A DNA stretch of 64,000 nt. It comes from the human T2T-CHM13v2.0 reference genome, Homo sapiens. The notes below the pieces were generated by a model. The model was not told the DNA's origin and ran no database searches. It saw only the letters and a program-made list of their open reading frames with translations. Numbering within the stretch: position 1 is the first letter of the stretch; each line of letters begins with the position of its first letter. Of the stretch, positions 43,841 to 62,023 are shown one piece after another. Location: the NCBI RefSeq assembly GCF_009914755.1, contig NC_060944.1; one strand, given 5' to 3'. The translations under genes and the position numbers were made by a program.

Positions 43841-44325
43841 GGTGGGGGTAAGAATTCCAGTCACTGAAGAAAATTAGAATTCTCAGGATATAGTATTTAC
43901 TAAAACAGAAAGTACACAAATAACATTTTCAACATATTCAGAAGTTAAAGCATTTTCTACTCTATCTCAAACTAACTTTTAAACATTCAGCCAGAATTAC
44001 TAGAACTCTTTGGTTAGTCTGAATTTTACTGTATATGCAGATATACAAACACACAAAATACACAAACTTAGCCTAAGTGTAACATTTCACACTTTAGATA
44101 TTTAGAAACATTAATGTAATTTCAAACATAAAAGAGGTAAAAGGCTACATTAGCAGTTCAGTATACTACACACTTTTAATTATATAACATCATATACCTG
44201 AAATTGCTAGTCAAATAAAAACCAAAAGGATAACATTTTAAAGTGCAACAATTATATTAGAAACTAATTATTTAACAGTAGGGATTTGTTTTTTGGATCC
44301 AGTCTCTATTTTCAAAATCATACTA

Positions 44326-44497
44326 CAGTCATGCATTGCTTAACAATGAAGATAAGTTCTGAGAAATGCACATTAGACGATTTCATTGTTGTTTGTGTAA
44401 GTACAGGGAATTTTTCAGCTTCATTATAATCATATGAGACCGCTGCTGCACGTGTGGCCTGTCTTTGACCAAAATATCGTTATGCAGCACATGACTG
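44326..44497 (+). mobile_element. Tigger3/Golem-type MITE (internally deleted)
   Basis: TA-CAGTCATG...CATGACTG-TA terminal inverted repeats and TSD. Confidence 0.8.
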
Positions 44498-44593
44498 TAT
44501 GTTCTATTTTCCTGTGCTATATAACTCCAGTGAAATGTAAAGTAACAATCTCAATCATTTCAGTAAACATTTAAGTAAGTCAGTCTCACTTAC

Positions 44594-44635
44594 TGTGGAT
44601 TCCAAATTGTCCATCGTCAATAATAATTTCGCTTT
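44594..44635 (-). CDS. GPCPD1: GPCPD1 exon 6 (42 nt; ESEIIIDDGQFGIH)
   Basis: ttctag / gtaagt; phase 1-1. Confidence 0.96.
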
Positions 44636-46507
44636 CTAGAATTTAAGGAAAATAGAAAATTTAGTTAAAACTCTTGATGCATACCCAGTGAACAACTGAG
44701 AAATTACCCACCTTAAAGATCGTTTATAATATTAAATCTACAGCTTAAAAGCAGCCCAAGGTGAATAAGCATATTTATTGTAGCCCTCAATAAAGAATTC
44801 CCTTTAAAGGAGGCTAGCAAACAGTAATGGTTCTTACATACTTCGTTGATTGTCCATTATGTTAAAAAGAAGAAAAAGAAAACTCTTCAGAAAGGTGCTC
44901 TAGAGGCACTGGGATTAACTTCTACACTAACCAATGTACAAGACTCACAGGTTGCTGGACAACGATAACTCCTTCTTGATTTTCAAACCAAAGGTCTTGG
45001 CACAATTAAAATGCTTATTCTTATGTAGTGCATATTCTGAGCTTGTCTCAAATGTAATTCTCCTCATATCCCAACTATTCACTACTGCCAGTTAAAAGCT
45101 TTACGAACAGCGTGAACTTACCTGTATGTACAGAGCTGTGAGGAACTACCAAAAGAATAAACGCTAGCACAACCCCTTCTCCTAACAGAAATTTCAACTC
45201 AATGAGAAAAGCTGTAAAACCCCACCCTTTGAGTAAAATACAATTTATCTTCCTGGCCTACTTCCCTTCCCAGTTTACTTTAAACGTTAGTCTGAAATAC
45301 TTGCAAAATGGATGTGACAGTTCCTAGTAAAGATTCTCTGGTAAGTTTCACACAGCTTTTAAGTTCAAAAGTTATATTTCTCAAAAGTATACATTCCTTT
45401 CTAAAAGATAGAAACAAAATCATCCCACTTCTCATAATAAAATATATTTAACTGCAAGATGCTTTAAAATACAATTTTTTAAAACATTCAATACCTAGTA
45501 AGTTCCAACCTCAGTATGGGAATATTATAATTTTAAGTATACTCTCATAAAAATCCTAAATACACTATCAAAAATGTATTAAAACATACAAAAAGAAAAT
45601 CCAATAAAGAGGATGGAATGAGATACTGTTTAAATGAGATGTGTCCTTACTCCAGGATAAAGCAGAAACTCCCACTGCTTTCTAATTTAAACCAGAAAAC
45701 TGGCATCCAGTTATCTTTCAATTTTAACTTTACCTAGAAACTAAAAGATACATTTCTCAGCACTGAGTCAATTTATAGATGAATACATGTGGGTAATTTA
45801 ATGTATGTGAAGTGAACTTCAAATTCGATTTTCAATATGGACTAAGAAATTCAAAAATACTTGTATGAAGAGAAATGCCATATTTAAGCATAAGAAAAGT
45901 TAATGTGTTTAAAAGAAAACAACTTACAAAAAAAAAAAGACAAAAAAAAAAAAAGAAAACTTTCCAAGTAGCAATTCTAGCATAGCCAATAGGGAATTTA
46001 AGAAATTTGAATTCATTCATACAAGTTTATTCAAGTATTTACCAATTTCTCTTAAAAAAATTAAGAAGAAAAGAAAAAATAGAATAACTTACTCTATTAA
46101 TATTCAAAGTTAAAAATTTAAGAATCTTTGTTTTGGATTAATTTTTTCTTCAAATGTTCGTTAAGCCTGAGCAAGTAAACAAATAGAGCTATGGATGCTC
46201 AGTCAAGAAGAATGGTATCTTATAAACTTCCTAACCATTCCAAATGAAAGTGAATATTTCATAATAAACTAATCTAACCCAAGAAAACAAAAATATCTAG
46301 GTAAATATTTCTAATAAAGTTTATTTTAAGAGGCAATTAAAAACTGTTGTTTTGAAAGATCCATGAAATGCTCAGTGAAATTTGTAGCACTGACAATGCA
46401 TTGACCTTAACTTTAGAATAAAAATTTATTAAATCCCACTAAGCCATTGTGCAGCATATTAGTAACTTTATGCATATGCCTCAAACAGATGCAGTTAATG
46501 CCCATAC

Positions 46508-46583
46508 CTAAAGGGGTTATTGATCGTGGTTGTAGATGAGTCTCCCACTTGTGAACTATCACTTGACATGGACCACCGATAGT
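46508..46583 (-). CDS. GPCPD1: GPCPD1 exon 5 (76 nt; TIGGPCQVIVHKWETHLQPRSITPL)
   Basis: attgcag / gtatgg; phase 0-1; CBM20 WE motif. Confidence 0.97.
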
Positions 46584-47689
46584 CTGCAATTTAAAAGTTA
46601 AACGTCTGCAATAATTTCTTATATCTTATTTTCTACCCATGACTCCATTAGATGTTTGTGGCCTAAATCTTATACTAAATATGAGACCAAAAGATTCATC
46701 TTATTATCAATATTATATGCCAAAAGCCTGGAATGTACCAGATCACAAAACAAGATGAAATGCTGGAAGAAAATTAGAGTGAGGCAGTAAACAAAGAAAA
46801 ATGAGATGAACTGGCACACAGAACTGTCTCAAACCCATTCCTAAATCTGCCTACAATACTCAATTGTTTCAAAGAAATTTTCATTTTTAACTGATATTAA
46901 TTCTTAAGATAAATATCATATATACTTTCTTTGGTATGTCAGCCATCAATGAGGTATTGCTAGATAAAGTATGTACCTCCTGCTCTATGCATTTAGAAAA
47001 AGCCTAAACAAGCCTACAATAGTAAAAATAGTAGGAACAAGTACTCAAGAACAATTATCGCAAGCTACTCAAGGAACTAAAGAACCATAATAAAGTTATT
47101 TATTACATATATTTAAGAATACTAAGTGAAAAACAGGAAGATTTCTCATATCATAGGAACCAGTGTTTCTAAAGAACACGGGAAATTCTAGAAGGGACAT
47201 GTGGCCAGGTAAACTTGAAGAGCAAGTGTGATAAAAGAGGAACTAACATCCGGTTTCATTCTTATGCCTTAGTTTAAAATCTCATACAGTGTGACAATTC
47301 CTCATACTGTTTTCCATTATCAAGCTCCCCTACTAAAAAAGAACATAAAGCTATGTGTTGATAACATATGCGGTAGTGAGTAACCATGAAAGATTCCCTG
47401 AGTATACCTAAAAGACTAAAATTTAAGTGTTCTAATTTTCCTTTAATTTTTAAAAAGAAACTCACTAGTTATTATGCTGAAATAAAACCCTTAAATACAC
47501 ATTTTGGAAGCACATTTTCAAACTATAATCTTACAAGGTATTTTATTTGTTACATAAATGTAATTAAATACAGAGAAGCAAAAAGAAAATACAAAACTCA
47601 CCCATATCATACCATTTAGGGATAATCACCATCAAGATTTTCACATATAATCTTTGAGCCCTTTTCTAGGCATTATATTACACATACTC

Positions 47690-50887
<3,198 letters not shown>

Positions 50888-52897
50888 CTATTTTTAGTAC
50901 AACCAGTAAAAGAAACAGTCACCTAGGCATGAGTAAAGCAAAGGAAGCTAGGCCAACAGACTCTCTGAGAGTATTCAAATCTCAAGTTAACACCTGACAG
51001 TATTTACTATTCAGAAGAATTTTAGATACTAATAAACTATTGTACAAAATGACAAACTAGACTATTCTGAAAATAATTATCTATCGCAGGTGACTGATTG
51101 TCTTGTTAAAGGAAGGACTTAAAACTCAAGGGAGATCGAGGTCAAAATAAGATAGTTTGTAATGAATCTAATTATGAGTGAATGTTAGCAGCTATGAAAG
51201 TTAGAAACATAGATATGTGCTGAAAAATAAAGATGTATTTCTACAAAAATGAAGGAAAAATTTCAAAGGATACAATGAAAAACTGGCTAACATTTGACTA
51301 TGAGGAAACATCCCTAATTCTACCCACAAGCAAAGAGGGGTGGATACAGAAAAAAAAAAGTTGAAATTACATGTTAATTCAGAAAGTATCTTTGGTGAAG
51401 ATGTGACATCAGTGGACTACCTGCAGATTCATACCAATGTTTTCATTCCAGGAATACTCACTACTTTTGTGTGCTATGTTCAAATAAGATACTATTTTGT
51501 TTTGTCATCTGTGAAATTATTTTAAAATGTAACACATTAACACCTTATCTTAATTCACAAAGAGAACACGTCATTGTGAAAAACTGAGAAAAACGATTTC
51601 AGGACTCTTCTAAACTAAAAGGAATATGCCAGAAAAAGCAGTGCATGGGAGAAAAATGAATGGTAAAATTTCATTTACTCAATAAAATTTTGCAATGAAA
51701 GGATCTAAAAATCTGTAGTTCAAACCTTTTGTTTTATAGATGAGGAGGCTAAAGCCTAAAGGTCAACTGGCTTGTCCATAATCGCAAAACTTTTAGCTTT
51801 GGTTCCAAAACTGCCTGGGTAGATTACCTCCTAAAACTTTCAACACAGTAAAATTAACCTTTCTCCCATTTCAGCTTTTTAATGCTTTCATTATTTGTTT
51901 TCCTATCATTCTTTATATTCGTAACATTATGTATTCCAATAATTTACATCATTTCACAATTTAAGATGCCTTGCACATTACTTCTATTATTTGACAATGT
52001 ACAACTAGACAAAGTTTCATAATACTTCTATTAAAAATGTTTTATTTAAAAAGCGCCACCAACTTTTTTAAAGTGTCACATTAAGCTGGCATGTGGAGAA
52101 AAAAACTGTAGCCATATGCATGGGATTTTATGTAGCTATTTACTCGATTCCATGAAAAACATACTTACCATGGCAGCCCCTGCATCACACGGTACATGTG
52201 TACACGATACAGAGCACCTACTTAAAGAAACACACTCACCAACACATACTGTAAACTTTTGCAAGTATTACAAGGAGAAAAACTTGTTTTTACTGTTAAG
52301 CAGACTTCTTGCCAATTTTTTCAAAAGGTATTTTGGACTGATCTGCTGCTTTTGGTAACATTTTCAATGAAGAGGATAAATACTTAGGTTGGCTTAATTT
52401 GACCTGTGTTGACAATAGTCTTACTTTAGAAAACTATGCCCAAAGAACTCATTATCATCTTTCTCATCCAAACTCCCCTAAGTAAAATTTAGTTGGTTTC
52501 ACATATTACAAAGCTAAATTTCATATACCAGGATCCTCAGGTAAACTTTCCATATCTATGACCTATGTATCTACACACAATTGCTTAAGTTATACTAAAG
52601 AACTTTACCATGATGCATAACCCCATGCCAAATAAATGAGATGCCCTTTTCTTAAGTTAAAGTGAAACTATTGTCAAGAAAAGCCAACACAATGATCAAC
52701 CACAATGTAATTTAAGTTCAATTACTGTGTATTCACAAAATATTCTTGGAACAAGAAACGTAATAGGTGCAAAAGACAGCTAAAGTGGGTTTGTCATTTT
52801 TTGTCATTTTGTCTCTTTTCTTTGTATAATGGTGGCTAAGAGCACGAGGTAACAGTGGCTGCTTGCATTTTTCACACGTAACAAAAACACTTAATGA

Positions 52898-53208
52898 CTC
52901 CCAAAGGAAATACATTTTTTAACAAGAGCTAATCCATGATTTGTATCCTAGACCCCTGCCTAAACCCTTGTTCATATGCAGCCCAAGGGTGTCAAATGTA
53001 AAAGTCTGAAGGAAAAGAATCCTTTCAGCAAATAAGTATCTTTAGAATAAAAGGAAAATGATTAACTTTTTTTCTTTTCTGAATATGAAAACAATCCCAA
53101 AATAATGAATTGTGAACAGGCAAATTTAGAATAGATATGCCAAAGGCCTCCAGAAAAGATAGGGGTCTTATCAATAACATCTTTGAAAAAATCTAAAAGG
53201 AATCAATT
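52898..53208 (+). repeat. uninterrupted (probable source) copy of the ~310 bp intragenic duplication, intron 4
   Basis: ccaaaggaaatacattttttaa...tctaaaaggaatcaatt shared with 40556-41187. Confidence 0.95.
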
Positions 53209-53657
53209 AAATTTTGATCAGAGTTAACACAGCCACTAAGAGATGGCTGCTGTGAAATAATTTTTTTAATTACTCACTTAAAACAGGCTATATACTTCTC
53301 TAAATGTATTTACATCACATAAGGATTAAAAAACAAAACCAAAGGTAAAAGCTCTGCAAGTGGTTCCTAACTAGTTTACAAAAGTTACCGAAAATGCACA
53401 CTTACAGAGAACACATTAAAACCAATTTCATAAGAATACTGCAGAACATACTTACTATGTCTTTTTAAAATTCCATGGCAGACATCATCTGCCTCTGAAG
53501 TGGCTACTTCCTTGGTTTTGGTAAATTTTATTAATCAAGAGTTCTATTCCTTATTTGACCAAAGCAAATGCATTTTACTTTGAACGTGTTCAAACTTAAG
53601 TGAGTTGCTTTTGAAGGAAGTGCTAAAGGAATTGGAAACTAGATAAAGAAAACATAC

Positions 53658-53742
53658 CTTTGGTTCTAAAAAGTACCCTTTGAAGTAGCGATACTGAACT
53701 GATACTCCTCTACTGAGTACAATGGTTGCTTTCCATAGCATG
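53658..53742 (-). CDS. GPCPD1: GPCPD1 exon 4 (85 nt; MLWKATIVLSRGVSVQYRYFKGYFLEPK)
   Basis: cttcacag / gtatgt; lies within ORF 53544..53795; phase 2-0. Confidence 0.97.
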
Positions 53743-54476
53743 CTGTGAAGAAAGAAAATTAAAAGCAGCAGCATCAATATCAAACTACAGTGCATAAAGA
53801 CTTCTTAATTCACAAAACCCCTCAAATAAAACGTATGACCAATATCACTTATTTATTCCTACACAAAATTTTACAGGCCTACTCTGTAGCAGGCAATGGG
53901 AACACAGGGGTATATACTGCAGAAAGAGCCTTATCTTCAAAGAGCTTCCTTTGCTGTGTGGGTAGACAGAAAAATAACCAAAGAAGATAGACAGAACGAA
54001 GTTCTGGAGGAGGCTTTTAAAAGGAAGGAAGGTTTTAATGAGGAAGCGCTGTCTGAGCTCAGGTCTAAATGATGAGAAGGAACCAGCCATATAAAGAGCC
54101 AGGATAAGTTTCCAAACAGAAAATTCAAGTTGTACAAAAGTGGAAGCCAGAGTCAGAATCTTCTGTGACTTCCCACTTAGCGAGGGATGTTACATGGCTG
54201 ATAAGAGACTTTGGGTCGCAGCTTTTGTGTCACAAATGAGAGATAAACATGAGTTACACTCCTATTCTTGACTATCCGTTATTCTAAGCTGTCCTACCCA
54301 GGCTCTGGCTATTCCTCAGACAAGCAGTCAGAACCTGTATCTTGTTTCAGGCCAATGTCTTTCTCTGAACTATGTTATTCTAACAGAAACTAAAGATTTG
54401 ACTCAACAGCTGCCTTAAGGTCAAGAATTCACTACAATTCATTACTGTAACTGAGTTTTAGCTTCAAATAATAAAC

Positions 54477-54962
<486 letters not shown>

Positions 54963-55081
54963 CATAGACCATTAACCAAACGTTAATTCAGCATGAGTAG
55001 TTTAGCCCTACCTGGCTCTGCTAAGACAGGTTTTAGGGCATTGTCCTTACTCTGATACAAGCTTAGCTCCTAAAATAAATA

Positions 55082-55530
55082 CAGATATAGCTCATTGTAT
55101 TGCACTTTATTATACTTCACAGATACTGTGTTTTTTACAAATTGAAGGTCTGTGGCAAACTTGAGTCGAGCAAGTCTATCAGTGCCATTTTCCCAACAAC
55201 ATGTGCTTACTTCGTGTCTATGTCACAGTTTGGCAAATCTCATAATGTTTCAAACTTTTTTGTTATTATTATATCTGTTATGGTGATTGCATGCTACAGA
55301 AAAATCTTTCATGAAAGGAACAGTTAATCAATGTAGTAAACTTCACTGTCTTATTTTAAGAAATTGACACTGTCCTTCAACCTTCAGCAACCACGACTCT
55401 GATCAGTTAGCAGCCATCAACATTGAGACAAAACTCTCCACCAGCAAAAAGATTGCAATTCACTAAAGGCTCAAATGATTGTATCATTTTTTAGCAATAA
55501 AGTATTTTTTAATTAAGGTATGTACATTTT
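55082..55530 (+). mobile_element. internally deleted Tigger1 (5' ~200 bp joined to the 3' region at ~55287)
   Basis: homologous to 13760-13925 and 16230-16460 of the in-window Tigger1. Confidence 0.85.
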
Positions 55531-55547
55531 TAAAAATCACTGCTCTA

Positions 55548-55656
55548 AACAAACCAACATGGAACATGTATATATATGTAACAAACCTGCACGTTCTGCA
55601 CATGTACCCTAGAACTTAAAGTATAATAATAAAAAATAAATAAATAATAAATAAGT
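55548..55656 (+). mobile_element. 5'-truncated L1PA 3' end with TSD aaaaatcactgct (55532-55544 / 55657-55669)
   Basis: gtaacaaacctgcacgttctgcacatgtaccctagaacttaaagtataat plus A-rich tail. Confidence 0.9.
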
Positions 55657-55861
55657 AAAAATCACTGCTTTAAAGCAAGAATAGCAAATGCTGCCAGGCG
55701 TGGTGGCTCACGCCTGTAATCCCAACTCTTTGGGAGGCTGAGGTGGGCGGATCATGAGGTCAGGAGTTCAAGACCAGCCTGACCAACATTATGAAACCAC
55801 ATTTCTACAAAAAATATAAAAATTAGCCAGGCGAGATGGCACAAGCCTGTAATCCCAGCTA

Positions 55862-55969
<108 letters not shown>

Positions 55970-58900
55970 TCAAAACAAAAACAAAAACAAAAACAAAAAA
56001 AGAATAGCAAATGCTTGACACATGTTCCCTATTTTTCCCCAATAAGCCTCAGAATCCTTTTCAACAGAGGTTTCCAGGTGGACTCTTCCAATTAAGAATA
56101 GAAAGTTGCCATTTCTGCTACCCCAAAAAGAAAAAAAGGGGGGGGGGACAAATTCCCAGTACTACCTCATCTCCAAAACAGCCAGTTGGAGCATGTGAAA
56201 CTAGCCCCACTAGTGCAGAGTAGAATTACTAATAAGCTGTGAAAAACGTGCTGCCGCCTCTCCCTCAGCCATTATTTCTCAATCTCCAGGAGCAGGATCT
56301 AGGTATGTGTATTTTTTTTCAAGTCCTCCCAAGTGATTCTAATGCGATCCCTGGTAAAGAACCACTAAATGAAAACAAGAGATGAAGAAGGCAAAGCAGT
56401 GAGTCTTTTTACTCCACTTGTCTAAGCAAATGTGGCAAATTTAAGAATGAACCAGAACCCAGGCATAGTGGCTTATACCCAGCACGCTGGGAGGCTGAGG
56501 CGGGAGGGCAGCTTGAGCCAGGAGTTCACAAACAGCCTAGGTCTCAACACAGTGAAACCTCATCTCTATAAAAAAATTTTAATGAGCTGGGCATGATGGT
56601 GTACACCTAGCTACTCGAGAGGCTGAGGCAGGAAGATCACCGGAGCCCAGGAGTTTGAGGTTAGAGTGAACCGAAATCGTGTCATTGCACTCCAGCCTGT
56701 GTGACAGAATGAGACCCTGTCTAAAAAATTTTAAAAAAAGAATCAGAACTATTTGGTGAACTAAAGACAAAATAATCTGATGAAATTAAATCAAAACCAG
56801 GAAAGACGGGTAGTCATATGGTGGTTTAGTGCAGCTGCCTAATTCTGAATTGCCCTTATATCCTTTCCCAAAATACCATAAAATCTACAAGGAGGGCAAA
56901 TGAAACCACAAGTGACCCACATCTTCAGCAGTATTAGGAAACAATACCATGACCTTCAAGTTTTCTCTAAGCAGAAAAAAATTCCAGGAGAGCTCTAGCT
57001 GCCATGAGCCTGTGGGTAGGGAGAGCTGGTAAGAGAAAGCTTAAGACGCTCCCTGAAAGACAGGGGCACAGCAGACTTAGATGCAGAGCACATTAAAATT
57101 CCAAAGAAACTCAATTTTAAAACTCACGAATATTGTCTAAAGGCACATGGATTCCTGTGTATCTACTCCCTTCTCCCTGTGAAACACTGTTTATCTGCTA
57201 CCTGTGAATCAATTCTATTTCATTGTACATGCACAACATATGAACAACTGGTCCTCTTAAAATTGTTAAGTGTCTTATCCTGTTCACATCTTTTTGACCA
57301 AGTTGGCTGAAACTGACTTAGGACAGGCAGGGGTGTGTTTTAGAGACAAGTTCAGAAAGATATGAGGTTTCACTTCAGACCAGAGTGGCTGATCTGAAAA
57401 TCGAAGAAAAAATAGCCACTTGAAGGAAATACTAGTCTGTGAAAGACTAGTAAAGAATATATACTATTAAAGTAATACTATTTACCAACAGAACTCTTAT
57501 AAGGAGAGCTGAGAATTGGCTGAGAAAATATGTCATACTAGTGACAAACTAGAAAAAAGGGAGTTCTGTGTTTTTTAATTTTCTTTCTCCTAGCTTACAT
57601 TACTGTTATTTTTTTACTTTCCTTTGTTATTTTCCGTTGCTTTACCACCAGTGCTCCTCAAACTATTTGCTGTGAATGACCAGCATTTTTTGTTTGCTTT
57701 ACTCAACCTGTCTGGTGACCAATATTCTGATCTACATACCCAGTTCAATGAGATGTGTCCACAGTGACATGCATGGAGTCAAACTGCTATACACATTTCT
57801 AAATGCTTGCTCTCAGTTTTTGTATTTCTCACATCATGGATTGATTTTTTTAAAAGTCTTTTGGACTGGTACTGGTGCACAGGCCACATTTTAAGACATG
57901 CTGCTCTACAGGAAAATAGAGCCTTAGCAATCACCTAATCGGGCACTGGATATACTTGTATGCTATTTAGGAAAACCTATAACACTTCCAACTATCCACA
58001 GTGGGGTAAGTGCCACCTCTGCTGACATCCACTCATCTATGCTAACCCCTTTTTATCATGCAGATGAGGTAACTGAGGCCTACAGACATCAGCCGCCCAA
58101 GTTCACACTTAACTGCAGAAGAGTGGCTGACACCCAGATTTACCTTTCTCCATCCACTGTGCCCATACTAAGTTTACTGATGGATTCAATGCCACTAGTG
58201 AATACATTTCTTCATATTAGCTAAGCTATCTAAGTATGTGTTCCACTCTCTGCTCCTTTTAACACCACATACTTCAAGGAAATACTTTTATAGGCAAATA
58301 CAAAAATTAGATCTCTTATCAAGAATATGTACTTACCATTAAAAAAAGAAATCAGAAAAAATTAAAAAGAAGAAAATAATATATAGTGACCAGACAAATG
58401 TTAATGCCTTAAAATGTTTCTTCAAATAAGAAAGCAAGGTGGGAGGATCTCAAGTCCAGGAATTTGAGATCAGCCTGGGCAACATAACCAGACACCACCT
58501 TTGTGCCAAAAAAAACCCCAAAAAACAAACAAACAAAAAAGTAATGCCATCTCCACACCAAAAACAAAAAACAAAAAAACAACCACAATTAACAAGGCAT
58601 GGTCATGGGTGCCTATAGTCACAGCTACTCAGGAGGCTGAGGCGCAAGGATCGCTTCAGCCCAGGAGTTCAAGGCTGCATTGAGCTAGGATCACACCACT
58701 GTACTCCAGCCTGGGTAACAGAGTGAGACCCTGTCTAACTAATTATGGTGGTAAGTACCTAAAGAACCAGTCAAGAATTAAAAGTATATTCAATTATCCT
58801 GAGTTGTAAAAATAAAAAATACATCTAAAAAAAAAAAAGAAATGAAAGTGGTTGAGAGGCAGGGATTAACAGTAAGAGAGGAACCTGTTTTTCCCACACA

Positions 58901-59055
58901 AATTTTGTAAAATTATTTCACTCATAAAACTATGCAACGTGATAATGTTGATAAAAATTATAACTAAAAGAAAAAATACCAAGATATCTTAAAAGCCCCT
59001 AACATCATAAGGTTAATGTCACAGTTATTCTGTAACCTCACATTTCCATACTCAC

Positions 59056-59152
59056 CTTTCACCTGTGTCATTCTCTGGAAGAAGAGCCACAGCATTTTGA
59101 GGATTCCAGTTTCCCAAAGCATCACAGCTTCCACATATCGCAAAAACTTCTC
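59056..59152 (-). CDS. GPCPD1: GPCPD1 exon 3 (97 nt; G-EVFAICGSCDALGNWNPQNAVALLPENDTGE-S), CBM20 domain
   Basis: ttctttag acceptor and gtgag donor; translation matches recalled human GPCPD1; phase 1-2. Confidence 0.97.
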
Positions 59153-59156
59153 CTAA

Positions 59157-59202
59157 AGAAACAGAACAATCAGTCACAGAGAAACAGAACAATCAGTCAC
59201 AG
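59157..59202. repeat. perfect 23-bp tandem duplication agaaacagaacaatcagtcacag x2
   Basis: read directly; abuts the exon 3 acceptor. Confidence 0.95.
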
Positions 59203-59846
59203 TGGGATAAGCAGGGAAGTTTGCATTAGTTCAACCAGATATGCTGCCCCCTTTAGCAGAGATGAAAGAGCCTCACTAGATATAGGTTTGGGCCCAGGTA
59301 CCTACCACTCACTAACACCTGCCAATTAACTCGACTCACCTTTCTAGAACCAAAGCCAGAGAAAAGGGGGAAGGCATACGGATGAAGTTTTCTTCATCTG
59401 TTCAACTACTCATTGAGCCAGTAACAAGAACCCAAGAGTACAAAAGGGATAAAACCACAGTCTCTGCTTTCAAGACAGCTTCCAATTTTAACAGACAAAC
59501 ACTAAATGCCTATCAGTACTCTAAAGGGTTATTAATCAATATTTTCTAGAAAGTCAAACAGTAGCTACTAATAAGTTTCACATCAAGAACATTATTAAGG
59601 CCAGGCGTGGTGGCTCACACCTGTAATCCCAGCACTCTGGGAAGCTGAGGTGGGCGTGTGGGGGCAGATGCCTGTAATCCCAGCTACTCAGGAGGCTGAG
59701 GCAGGAGAATTCACTTGAACCCAGGAGGCAGAGGTTGCAGTGAGCCGAAATCACACCACTATACTCCAGCCTGGGCAACAGGGCAAGACTCCATCTCAAA
59801 AACAACAGAAACAAAACTGTCAATGAGAGAGCAGAAATGTAATTAA

Positions 59847-60110
<264 letters not shown>

Positions 60111-60604
60111 TGACCTCAGGTGATCTGCCCGCCTTGGCCTCCCAAAGTGCTGGGTTTACAGGCATGAGCCGCCGCGCCCAGCCAAAATCTAGTACTTCTT
60201 AACTAAGGTAATGTATCATTTCTTTTGAACACTTATCAATAGACTTTAAAAGCCAACATAAAGCTACCACCTCTTCTTGCTAAATTTTATATATTTAGCA
60301 GAACACACTTGGATAAAAGTACGTAGAAGTCTCTGACTTAAATATCAACACATTCTGAATACAATTAAAATTCATAAAGAAAAAGATAATGAACTGAGTC
60401 CAACTGCCAATTTGGCTCAAGACAGACTCCTCCACATTCTGAGAACAGCTGGGATTCCAAGCTTGAGGCACTGCTCTAGTAAGACTAGAATTGTACTCAG
60501 CTTTAGCCACCTGCATGAGCATTTTATTAGCTTGGACTATCTAAAAATTAACTAAAATTCCAAGTGTGACAGTCATTCAGATTTCAGGGCTCTAAATACA
60601 TGTG

Positions 60605-62023
<1,419 letters not shown>

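Noticed and set aside
52161-52176. atacttacc-a-tggcag resembles the 5' end of U1 snRNA
   Set aside because: Similarity ends after ~16 nt; it is explained as the complement of a strong 5' splice site.
52936-53012. ATGATT...CTGA ~75 nt apart in both duplicated copies, resembling a C/D snoRNA
   Set aside because: Box C is non-consensus (ATGATTT) and it is antisense to the host transcript. A snoscan/Rfam search would settle it.
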